From: the human T2T-CHM13v2.0 reference genome, Homo sapiens
DNA: 64,000 nt
Assembly (NCBI RefSeq): GCF_009914755.1
Contig: NC_060925.1
Reading direction: 5' to 3' (one strand)
The position numbers and the translations under genes are program-made. Position 1 is the first letter of the stretch, and every line of letters begins with the position of its first letter. Below the pieces are notes generated by a model, which had not been told where the DNA came from, did not search any database, and saw nothing but the letters and a program-made list of their open reading frames with translations. This document shows positions 15,048-26,711 of the stretch, piece after piece.

Positions 15048-15263
15048 CTATAGTATGTTTCACTATCTAGTGGGGCTATAACCTGCCTTTTCAGTTGCTC
15101 TTTGATGTTTATTTTCCCCTATAAACTTTAGGATGAACTTGTCTACCTTCATAAAAACAACAACAACAACAACAACAACAAAAAACCTCATAGGATTTTT
15201 TTCTTAAAATTGCATTAAGCTTATAAATTAGCTTAGGGAGAACTGACATACTGATGATATTGA

Positions 15264-15647
<384 letters not shown>

Positions 15648-15854
15648 TAAGTTTATTCCTAAATATTTTATCTTTTTTGTTTCTATTATAAATGGGGCTT
15701 TCTCAACCATTGTATCTTACAACTGGTTGTGATTTGTGTATGTGAATATTATCCAGCTCATCAGGAGCACCAGGCTAGACTAAAAACTGAGGAATCTGGA
15801 TCTCGAGTTTGTTCTTGGTAGTTATTTTATAATCAATTCATTCCTGCTGCTAAA

Positions 15855-16190
15855 GCGATGGTCAGCAAACTATAGCCTGTGGACCAAATCTGGCCTACCT
15901 TCTGTTTTTGTATGGCCTGCAAGCTAAGAATGGCTTTTACATTTTTAAATGGTCAATAAAGAAACAACAACAAACAAAAAATAATATTTCTTGACATTTG
16001 AAAACTACAGGGAATTCGAATTTCAGAGTCCATAAATAAAGTGTTATTGGAACACAGCAATGCCGATTCATTTATATTATTGTCTTTGGCTGTTTTCCTG
16101 ATACAACGGCAGAGCCGAATAGTGGTGGCTGAGGTTCTCTGGCCCATGAAGCCTGAAATATTTATTACTTGGCCCTTTGCAGAAAAAACG
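15855..16190. mobile_element. hAT-Charlie MITE (MER58-like)
   Basis: ggtcagcaaactatagcctgtggaccaaatctggcc...cctgaaatatttattacttggccctttgcagaaaaa. Confidence 0.8.
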
Positions 16191-16418
16191 TACAGAACTT
16201 TTCCTGAAGGAACTCATTCTCTAAGAGATGCAGAAGTTAAGTAAATAAACCAGTACGATACAGAGCTGTCATTTCTATTATAGAGGAGCAAAGAAGATTT
16301 TATTTTGACTTGAGGGTAGAGAAAGATAGAGAAAACATAACAGAAAGCGTTGACTGAGCCAAGTCTTGAAAGACAATATACACCGGGATCAGGGTAGCAG
16401 ATTAGGTTACTAGAATCA

Positions 16419-16820
<402 letters not shown>

Positions 16821-17196
16821 CTAGGACCACACTAAGAAAAGCATACTCCCATGCTAAGAAGTTTGGATTTTATTCTTAATGTGATGGAGAGTAGCTGAAG
16901 AATTTTAGATGAGAGACTGACATGATCATAATTGTGTATTATAAAAAGAGTTTTCATTGCAATGAAACACAAGGATGGAGGAACTTAAGTCTGGAATCAG
17001 GCAGAGAACACAAGGCTTCCTCCTATGTTAAACTGCAATAAGACCCTGATAAAGTCGGCTACCACATTCATGTTGTTATACACTCCTATGCGCTTTCTTT
17101 TCCTTATACTAATTCTACCCTTATCAATCTGTTCCTTTTTATAACTTTTAAGGCCTTTTTTCCTGGGGTCCTTTTTACACTGAATCATATATCATC

Positions 17197-17510
17197 TGGG
17201 GGGTGGCAGGAGGGGAGGAAGTAGGGAAGGTTAATGGGTATAAAAAAATAGAAAGAATGAATAAGATCTAGTATTTGCTAGCACAACAGCGTGATTATAG
17301 TAAAAAATAATTTAATTGTACATTTGAAAATAACTAAAAGAGTACAATTGGATTGTTTGTAACACAAAGGATAAATGCTTGCAACGATGAATACCACATT
17401 TACCCTGAAGTGATTATTATGCATTACATGCTTGTATCAAAATATCTCATGTAACCCATAAACATATACACCTACTATATACCCACAAAAGTTAAAAATT
17501 AAAATAAAAA
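17197..17510 (+). mobile_element. L1MA 3' end
   Basis: aatgggtataaaaaaatagaaagaatgaataagatctag...cctactatatacccacaaaa followed by an A tail. Confidence 0.85.
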
Positions 17511-19014
17511 TTCATCTTATTTTTTTAACTGTTTTGTATTTCGGTCTTTTCTCCCTAATAAATCACTGATAGATCATTGATACATTTTATAACATAGGCA
17601 ATTGAGACAATATAGTATGAATTAATTTAGACCCACATTGTATTGTAACCCAATTTACATTTTTCTGATCCTGAAATTTATAATTACCATATACCGTTAT
17701 ATCGGTGAAACTTTACTTATTACAACTTTAAAAAATTATACAAACAGCAATAATAAAGACTCCATTGGCTTTTCATAGCTTTTTATTTTAGAACTTTCTG
17801 GCATCATTGTGGCGTTTCTGACACATCAGATTTTAGCAATTTTCCACTCTGGTGGGTAGCACATAGTGGTACAGAATCCAGAATCAGATAGTGGCCAGTT
17901 GTCACATGAGGACAGTGGGGAGCAGCATCTCAGCCTGGGCATGGTATTATGCAAAGTTCTATTTCTGAGAAGGAGACTTGATAAGGCTCAGCAAAGTATC
18001 CAATCATAGCTGGGTTCAAGGCAACACTTTGGTCCTAAGATGGGAACGGTGCTACTGGAATTAATAACCAGTCAAACTAAGCTTTATCAAGCCCTAGGAG
18101 CTGTGTCTGGTTGACTGGATATACAGATGGACTCCATATACAGACGGATGGCTGAGCACTGAGTTGCTGAATAGGGCAAGACTGTATAGTGGCTACAATT
18201 TGCTTTGTAACTGCATAATTTTATAAATGAATGGAACTGAGCATGCAAGTGTGGCACACAGGGGACAAGAGAACCAAAATTAATATAAATATAAAACTAA
18301 TGCATGTCATCAGAAACTTGCCTCCTTGCAACTCCCTAGCCTGGAATTTTCACTCTCTTATAGATTCCCATAGTACTTTGATTGTATATCCAGCACAACT
18401 TTTATTACAGTGGTCCTTGTGGTTATTATTATTATGGTATGTAGATTATTCATTTCAAGAGGGTAGGACTGTTTTATTTACTTTTGAATTCCTTTTAGGT
18501 GGGCTCTCAATTCACAAGTAGCAGGATAATTTCTTGAAATAGCAGTTTTATATTTTCTGTCTAAAATTCTCCCCTTCTCTTTTCCCATTCAGAGAGAAAG
18601 GCCTGTGCTTCTTTTTGCCTTCACTGGGGTTGGTAGATGGCTTCCTGACTTTTGATCATCAAAGCTTAGACTGAAACTGAGGTTCAAGGAAACTAAAAAG
18701 ATCCTGACAGAGGCTGGAGGAGAGAGGGGTTCTTTAGCTGAATAGTGCACAGGTCAGCTGAACGCCTAGGTCTGAAGATCTCAGCCTCACCCCAAAACTT
18801 CATACCCCTTTCATGTCATAGAAGGAACCATGAAGGCTGGGGCAATGACAGTTCAGTCACAGCTAGTGCACACAGATGATTAATAAATGGAACGGACTCC
18901 ATAATGCCCTAGAGATGTATGAGACCCCAGAACTTTGACATAATTCTTAAAGTGGAAAAGCCTGAGAAGATTGGGTTTTTTGTTTCATATTTAAATTTCA
19001 TTTTCAAATGTAAT

Positions 19015-20298
19015 TGGTTCAACAAATGATGCTGGGACAGCTGGATATCCACATGCCAAAGAGTGACACTGGGCACTCACTTCACACAATATGCAAAAAT
19101 TGATACAAAAGGGATCAAAGACTTAAATGAAAGAGGTAAAACTACAAAACTAAGAAGAAAACCTAGGGGATACATCTTCATGATCCTGGATTTGGCAATA
19201 GATTCCCAGGTATGACACCAAAAGCATAAGAAACAAAAGAAAAAATAGATAAATTGGACTCTATCAAAATGTAAAACCTTTTTGTATTAAAGGACACTAT
19301 TAAGACAGCAAAAAGACAAACTATGGAATGGGAGAAAATACTTGCAAATTATATATCTGATAAGGGTTTAGTATCCAGAATATACAAAGAATTTTTACAA
19401 CTCAACAACAAAGAGACAATCAACTCTATAAAAGGGCAAAAGAATTGAATAGACATTTCTCCAAAGATATACAAATGGCCAACAAGCACGTGAAAAGATG
19501 CTCAAAATCATTAGTCATTAGGGAAGTGAAAATCAAAACCACAATGAGACACCACTTCACTTTACACTCATTAGGATGCCTGTAATAATAGTAATAAATG
19601 AAAAATAACAACTGTTGGCAAGGATGTGGAGATATTAGAACCCTTTTTCATTGCTGGTGGAAGGTAAAATGGTTCAGCTGCTGTGGAAAAGTTTGGCAGT
19701 TCCTCAAAAAGTTAAACATAAAATTTTTAAAAGTTTAAACTAAAAAGTTAAACACAGAATTACCATATGACCTAGCAATTCTACTCCTAGTTATATACCC
19801 CTCCCAATACATGTACATTCACGTTCATTGTAGAACTATTCAAATAACCAAAAGGTAGAAACAACCCAAATGTGCATCAGCTGATGAATAGATATAAAAT
19901 GTGATGTTTCCATAGAATGAAATTATTCATCCATACAAAGGAATGAAGTATAGTACTAATAAATGCTACAACATAGATTAACCTCGGAAACTTTATGCTA
20001 AGTGAAAGAAGCCAGACATAAAAGGGCACATATTGTATGATTCTATTTACATGAAATGTCCAGAATAGGTAAATTCATAGAGATGAAAGCTGATTGATGG
20101 TTGCCAGGGACTACGGGGAGAGGAAGAAGGGGAATGACTGCTTAATGGGTACAGGGTTTTCTTGTTCATGATGAAAGTGTTTTAAAACTAGGTAGAAGTG
20201 GGAGTTGCCCCACATTGTAAATGAACTGAATACTGCCAAACTGTTCACTTTAAAATAGCTCATTTTATGTCATGTGAACGTCACCTCATTAAAAAAAT
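19015..20298 (+). mobile_element. L1MB-type 3' fragment (ORF2 end and 3'UTR)
   Basis: ttcaacaaatgatgctggg, aaatggccaacaagcacgtgaaaagatgctca, taccatatgacctagcaattc, tatgctaagtgaaagaagccagac. Confidence 0.88.
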
Positions 20299-20299
20299 T

Positions 20300-21430
20300 T
20301 TTTTGATGTAATAGGTAATATATTCACATGGTTAAAAACTTAAAAGGTACAAATTTATTCAGTGAAGTCTTCCCACCCCTTACCCCTACTAAGTTACCCT
20401 TCTTGCAGTCAAGTAGTATTATCAATGTCATGAGTATTTTTCCAAAGATATTTTATTCATCTATAAGCAAATAAGTATATATTACTTTCCCCCACTAGCT
20501 CCGTTTACAAATGGTGATAAACTTTGCATATTCTTCCGCACCTGGCTTTTTTCTGCTTAATATTATATTTGAAAATCATATCAGTTCATATAAAATTGCT
20601 TCATTCTTTTAATGAGTGTATAATATTCCATTATATTTGTTTATCCAGACCTCCACTGATGGACATTTAGAAAAGTTCCCAATTCTTTGCTCTTACAAAG
20701 ATGCATTATACCTATGATATTTTACTTATGTGAGAATACATCTGCAGAGTCAATTCCCTGGAGTGGAATTCTGGGTCAAAAGGTACATGCATTTGTAACT
20801 ATTTTAAAGCTATTGCCCAGTTGTTCTTCTGGAGTTCATATTTATTTACCTGCCTCTCAGAACTAGTAATCAAAAATTACAGTGTTACCACACTTTGGGG
20901 TCTTTGCCAATCTGGCAGATAAAAATTGATTTTTAGTGTAGTTTTATTTTGTATCTCTATGATAAGAGTAATCCTTTCATATGTTTAAGAGCCATTTTAA
21001 TTTTTTTATTGTGTGAGCTATATCATTATTTGCTCATTTTTTAAATTTAGCTTTTGGCCTTTTTCCTACTAATTTTAAGGTACTTTTAGAAAAATTAACC
21101 ACTTATCTGTAAAAATAAGTGCAGTTTTCCCTTACAGTTTTCTTTCTACCCTGTTTACAGGTTGTTTTTAATCACAAAAAAAATGTTTAAGTTGTGAAAT
21201 TTATTTATTTATTTTTTCTATGGCTTCTGGATTTTAATACCTAGAAAGGTCTTCCCCATGCCAAGATTATAAGATAAATGTATCATAAAAAATTCTGCCA
21301 TCTTTTCTTCTAATATTTTTATGGTATCTTTTTTTTCCTTTTAAAAAATTCATTCTTTGAGCAATTTTGAATTTATCCTTTTTATTTTATTGGGAGTATG
21401 AGGTATGTATTCAATTTTTTTTTCAGATTA
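20300..21430 (-). mobile_element. Ancient L1 (L1ME-type) fragment
   Basis: Degenerate antisense L1 motifs (gatggacattt, gtggaattctgggtcaaaagg). Confidence 0.6.
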
Positions 21431-22939
21431 TGTAGGATTAAAGAAAAATAAGATTTGGCTCTTTCCCTCATGATAGTTACTGCAATTTAAATAAATAAAC
21501 ACTACGGGAGCTCTGGCAGAAGCCTGAACAGGATGCAATGCGGACACAGTTGGGAGGAAAAGGGAGTACATTCCTCTTTGGGACCCTGATCTAGTGAGAC
21601 AGGACTATCTGAGTCCATCAGAAAGTCTAGTAGTGGTGAACCTCAAAAAGGAAGAGGTTGAGATCTCAATCTCTTTCCTCCCAGGAGGCTCTCCTATGCA
21701 AACTTCCCCAATGCCAGCTTGGGCTAACTAGGGCTATTTGAAGAAACAGCCTTGTCAGGATGTCCTTTCCTTGGTGCAGTTGGGTACCTATTCTCCTTCC
21801 ATTTCTAATTGGTAAGAGGGGCTTTTCAAGTGACTCTTTTCTGAGCAAAGATGATTTGTTCTCAGTGACTTGAGGTGTTTACCTTTCCAGAGAAATGATT
21901 GGCAGGTCTCTAAAAAAAATTTAAGATCTGCCTCCCCAGACACCCTACTACATATTAATAGAATTATATATGAAACAGTAGTAGTACAAAGAAGATAATA
22001 ATTAACTTGGCAATGGGGTGAAGGGGTTAGGGGGGACTGGTCACAGATGACTGTTCAGAGTAGGAGACCATGAACGCTTCGTTTTAAAGGATAAACTGAG
22101 TTGAACGTGAGGATGTTAGGGTAGGAAGGGATTCAGGTAGAAGGAATAGGATATTCAAGGGAAGACTACAGAAGTGAATAGCAGGCATCTATCTCCTGGG
22201 GTAGGGGTAGAATATATCTGTAGGAGGGGAGAAGTGCCAAGATAGGAGTTAGAGAGGTAGGCAGAGCTTATATCATCACTGGGTTTGTGTGAGATGCTAA
22301 GGCTATTGCAGTTTATCTTGGTGATGAGAAACTAGTAAGGAATTTGTTTGCATCTCATTACCTTTCCTGATGAGCATGTACCACTTCTGTGTCTCCGACC
22401 TTGGGTAAATAGTATCACCCTCTTAGACACTCAGCAAGGCAATATCAGAATCAATGTAAAAATTTTCTTCCTATGAATTAATTATTTCACCTATTTCCAT
22501 TTTATGTGAATCCACAAAGTCATTTTCTTCCTATTTGATCTGTGCTGCCCTGACTCACATGGTCACTACCTTTTACCTAGACTATTTCATGTGTTCAAAC
22601 TGGTCCCTCTGCTTGATGGTTCCTCCTTCAGCCCACTCTACACACTGCCACTAGCATGATCTTTCTTAAATAAATCCTGAGGTCACTACTCTTTCCCCAG
22701 ACCTGCAATACACCTTTCTACATGCAGAATAAAAATCCTACCCGGTTGGATTGGTGTTTCAGACCCTCCACAAATTGACTTCAGTTAAACATTGCAAACT
22801 TTTCTCTCATTTCACATGCCTCCCTCAGCCTCCATCCACATCAGACTTAATCACCTTCCTCAATCTGCTTCGGTCTCTGCATCTTTGCTCCTGTTGTATC
22901 TTCTTCGGAATCCTCTTTTTTCCATCTGTTTTTCAAGGT

Positions 22940-23421
22940 CACAGTGTCTGCATAATAAATTACCCCCAAATTTAGTGACTTAATACAATAAACACATTAC
23001 CTTCCACAGTTTCTACGAGTCAGGAATTTAGCAGCATCTTGGCTGAGCTGTCTGGTTTGAGATTACTCATGAGGTTGCAGTCACCTGAAGGCTTGACTGA
23101 GGATGGAGGATCTGCTTCCAAGATGGCCCACTCCCATGGCTAGCAAGCTGGTCTGGCTCCTGGTGGGAGGCCTCAGTTCCTCTCCAGGGCACTTTGAGTG
23201 CTCTCTGTGGCAGCTGGCTTCCCCAAGAGCAAGCAATCCAAGACACCAAGGCAGAAGCCACAGTGCCTTTTATAATCTGGCCTTTGAAGTCACATAGCAT
23301 CACCTTCATTATACTCTTTTGGTCACAAAACTCAGCTCTGATGTGAGGGAAATTCCATGAGGGCATAAATATTAGGACACCATGATCACCAGGGACAATC
23401 TTGGAGTCTGGCTAACACAAC
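22940..23421 (-). mobile_element. MLT1 solo LTR inside L2-like sequence
   Basis: taccccc aaatttagtgactta, gaggatctgcttccaagatggc, cacatagcatcacctt. Confidence 0.75.
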
Positions 23422-24649
23422 ATTTCTTCCAGAGGCTTTCTAGATTCACTAACTTCCTATGCCCTGCCTACCTGTTCTCAGTAGCTCAAATTCTTTAAAA
23501 ATCAGAGCTCTTGGAGATCTCCCCCATAAAATCACATTTTCTGTTTTTCTTTATTATTTAATATTATGAAGTGTGAACTTGCAAAATTGCATTGTTAATT
23601 ATCAAAGGACATAGTGCTGAGGAATTTTGTTCTCTAAAATCCTAGACTGTTAGAAAGTTTGTTGTTCTGAGATTCTATCAGTGAGAACAGAACATCCCTT
23701 TCTTGCCTGGCGGATTTGAACTCTTTGAGTCACTTAGAGTTACAGAAGCAGTCTCCATTTCCAGTGCAGAAGTTCAGATAAGGGATTTTCAGACAATATT
23801 CTACATTAATCTTAAATGTATGTTTCTAAGAACTAGAATCTTGAATCTGCTTCTCAGCCCAGGTTTGATATTACATACAGATCTGATTTGCTTTAGGCCT
23901 ATCAAGCACTGCTTTATTTAGATTTTACCTAAACTCCTCTCTTTCTCTAAATACTATAATGACTCCTTATTTCTTCCTTTTTTTTGAGACATGGCCACAA
24001 TTCCTCTGCTGTATAGTATCTTTTGCTGTAGCAAATTAATAAACTTAATGGGTTCCAGATTTGGTCCTGGTGATTTTTGTCAGATGGGCTTTATCAATAG
24101 CTAAAATTATTTGAGCTCGAATAACTAGTGTAATTTTTTAGAATCTCCCATGCTTCTTGAACAAGGGTAACTTTTAGAATGTTTTGTCAATAGATCATTT
24201 CTATCTTTCCTCTGACTGTTTTGAAATCTATTTTCTAGACTGTTTTTGACTAATCTTGCTTGTACTTCCTTCACTGTTACAAACTCTAAGATGATACCGT
24301 TACTTTCTCACAAGGTTCCCAACTCTTTTCTAGCACTTTATTACTGAATTAGTAATTTCCTGTTTTGTCCTCCTGAGTGACTCCTGCGGTCCTTTAGAAT
24401 TTAGCTACAGAATCACCTTTGTCAAGCCTTAAGCCTTTATTGAAAGCATTAGACAAAACTAAATATTTTCATGTTTGTGTTCTCATAGCACCTTGTTCAT
24501 ATCTCTAATATAGTACTTACCACATTTATACTTGATTTTTTTTACACGTTTTTCTTCTCTAACAGCCTCTGGAGAATATGATCTCCATGATCTGTTCATC
24601 CTTGTGTTATCTGTGCCAGGCATACTTAATTACGTAAATTATGTGAGGT

Positions 24650-25275
24650 CGTTGGGGCTCACAACACAATACTCCAAAATGAAGGTCTCAGTAGCAAAAG
24701 TTCTCTGCCCTACTCTGGCCCTCCTGTCTCTCAGTCCCGTATTTCCCTAGGCTAGCCATAGATATTAGGATCCCTATTCCTCAAGACAAGATGTAGAAAC
24801 CAGAACCTCTATCCCCTAAAGCCAGCCATAAAAGCCTAAACATATTTTGCTAGTTTTCCCTCCCCCTTTTTCTGTAAAATCTGGCCATAAAGAAATTATC
24901 TGACCTGCCTTGTTTGACTGTAGGCTGTTAAGAGCTCCATTCCATTCCTGCCCTATACCCAGAAGGAAGGAATGGTGCTCAGAAGGCCAAGAAGAATCTA
25001 GACAGGCCTTGCTGGGTGTCCCCACTCAGTCTGTTAGCATTAGATTATACCATTTTTGTCCAATCACATTTCTACATAGCTGTCCATACTTTGTTGAACC
25101 TAAACACAAAAATGGACAATTTTCCAAGTATCTTTGGGTCTCCATTCTGAACGCTCCCATGTATACACATTAAATTTGTATGCCTTTTCTCCTATTAATT
25201 TTTTCTTCTATTAATCTGCCTTATGTCAGCGGTTTTCAGTTAACTTTCAGAGGGCCAAAACCTTTTGTCCCTCCA
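24650..25275 (+). mobile_element. ERV1 solo LTR (MER34/MER39 group)
   Basis: Begins GTTGGGGCTCACAACACAATACTCCAAAATGAAGG and ends with TTTTCTCCTATTAAT...CTGCCTTATGTCAG...TTTCAG. Lies 1.3 kb upstream of the ABCD3 ATG. Confidence 0.7.
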
Positions 25276-25734
25276 GGTAATGAAAATGTCCACATGACAA
25301 ATAGTGAATTAGTAGGAGCTTCAGTTCTGCATAATTTAGAATTCACTGTTGAGCACCTCTATACGCATGCCATTATTGTACCTCGTCTTTGTGATCCTCA
25401 TAACCTGTATTAGGCAACAGCTCATTTATATTGAGAAAACACCTAGGGCACAGCACCACTACTTTGTAGGCTACTTTAATATGTATGTGCATTATGCGAG
25501 GTTTTATGAGCTTATTTTCTGACACACTTGCTTTTCTCCAGTTTCCTCAGCTGAAAACAGCGATTCACTGTTACTGTATATATGCTAGGCTCAATGCTGG
25601 CGATAACAATTCCTGCAACATAGGGTCAGACAGGAGAAGAATGTTGTAATCTGCAAAGCCCTTCTGATTCTGGGAGTGAGGCCAGCATTAATACAACGCA
25701 CGATTGTTACTTCTGAATGTCCCTTTGCAAAGAA

Positions 25735-25979
25735 CAGTGTTTCTCAAACTTTTTTCTGACCAGATCTGCATACATTTTACATCGCCGCTGGCGATACATA
25801 CGTGCAAAACACTGAAATCGAAATTTCTCTAAACAACTCCTTTACTACGTGATGTACTGTGAAACTTTTCTATTTTGTTCTATTCTCAATTTTATTAAAA
25901 ACGGAGGGTGATGATCCCGATCTACCAAACCAATTTCACAATGCGCTAGAGATTATAACCCGCGGTTTGGAAAATACTG
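25735..25979. mobile_element. hAT-Charlie MITE (MER5/MER119-like)
   Basis: Terminal inverted repeats CAGTGTTTCTCAAAC ... GTTTGGAAAATACTG. Confidence 0.65.
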
Positions 25980-26544
25980 GCTTGGAAAAAGCTCTTTGAT
26001 CTGTGTCATTCTCCTCACATCTCCCTACACCTCTGCGGAGTTCCGATTGTTTGGTTTCGTCCTGATAATCACTGTGCTGTGTTTTCCCTACACGCTCTGT
26101 GACGGGGCCGTCCGCCTCCTTCCTGGGCTCCTTTAAGAGGGTGGTAACGGTACATCACCGCGGGAGTGGAGAGGCAGGGCCCACTAGGTCGTCGCTGCAG
26201 GCCAGGCCCGCTCATCCAGTTATTGTGAAAGCCGGGGTGTGCGCGCGAAGAGTGGGAGGGTAGGGGTGAGGCAGGGGCAGCACTGACGCCTCGCAGGGCT
26301 GAGTAGCAACAGCTCCTCCGCGCCGCGTTTCCGGAGACCCTGAAGGAGTCCGCGCGTGCGCAGAGCGCGTCCCGGGAACTGTTCCGCCCACGGAGGCTGC
26401 CGAGCGCGCTCCCGCCGGGCCAAAGTACAAAGTGGGCTCCAGAGCGCGGGCGGCGCGGCGGCGCGAGCCAGGGGGCGGTCCTGCGCGGCCGGCCCCGCCC
26501 TCTGCTCTCCTCCCAGTCTCCCCCGCGCTGCGTGCAGTAAGGTA

Positions 26545-26567
26545 GCCGCCGCCGCCGCCGCCGCCGC
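26545..26567 (+). repeat. ABCD3: (GCC)7 / (CCG)7 trinucleotide repeat in the ABCD3 5'UTR
   Basis: ta-gccgccgccgccgccgccgcc-gcgtc, ending about 35 nt before the ATG. Confidence 0.97.
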
Positions 26568-26601
26568 GTCCCCTCGCCGGCTCGCTGGTACCGGCAGTGC
26601 C

Positions 26602-26711
26602 ATGGCGGCCTTCAGCAAGTACTTGACGGCGCGAAACTCCTCGCTGGCTGGTGCCGCGTTCCTGCTGCTCTGCCTGCTCCACAAGCGGCGCCGCGCCCTC
26701 GGCCTGCACGG
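26602..26711 (+). CDS. ABCD3: ABCD3 (PMP70, peroxisomal ABC transporter) coding exon 1
   Basis: Kozak gtGCCATGG. Translates MAAFSKYLTARNSSLAGAAFLLLCLLHKRRRALGLHG, the recognised PMP70 N-terminus. 110 nt followed by donor GG|gtaaga at 26712 (phase 2). Confidence 0.97.
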
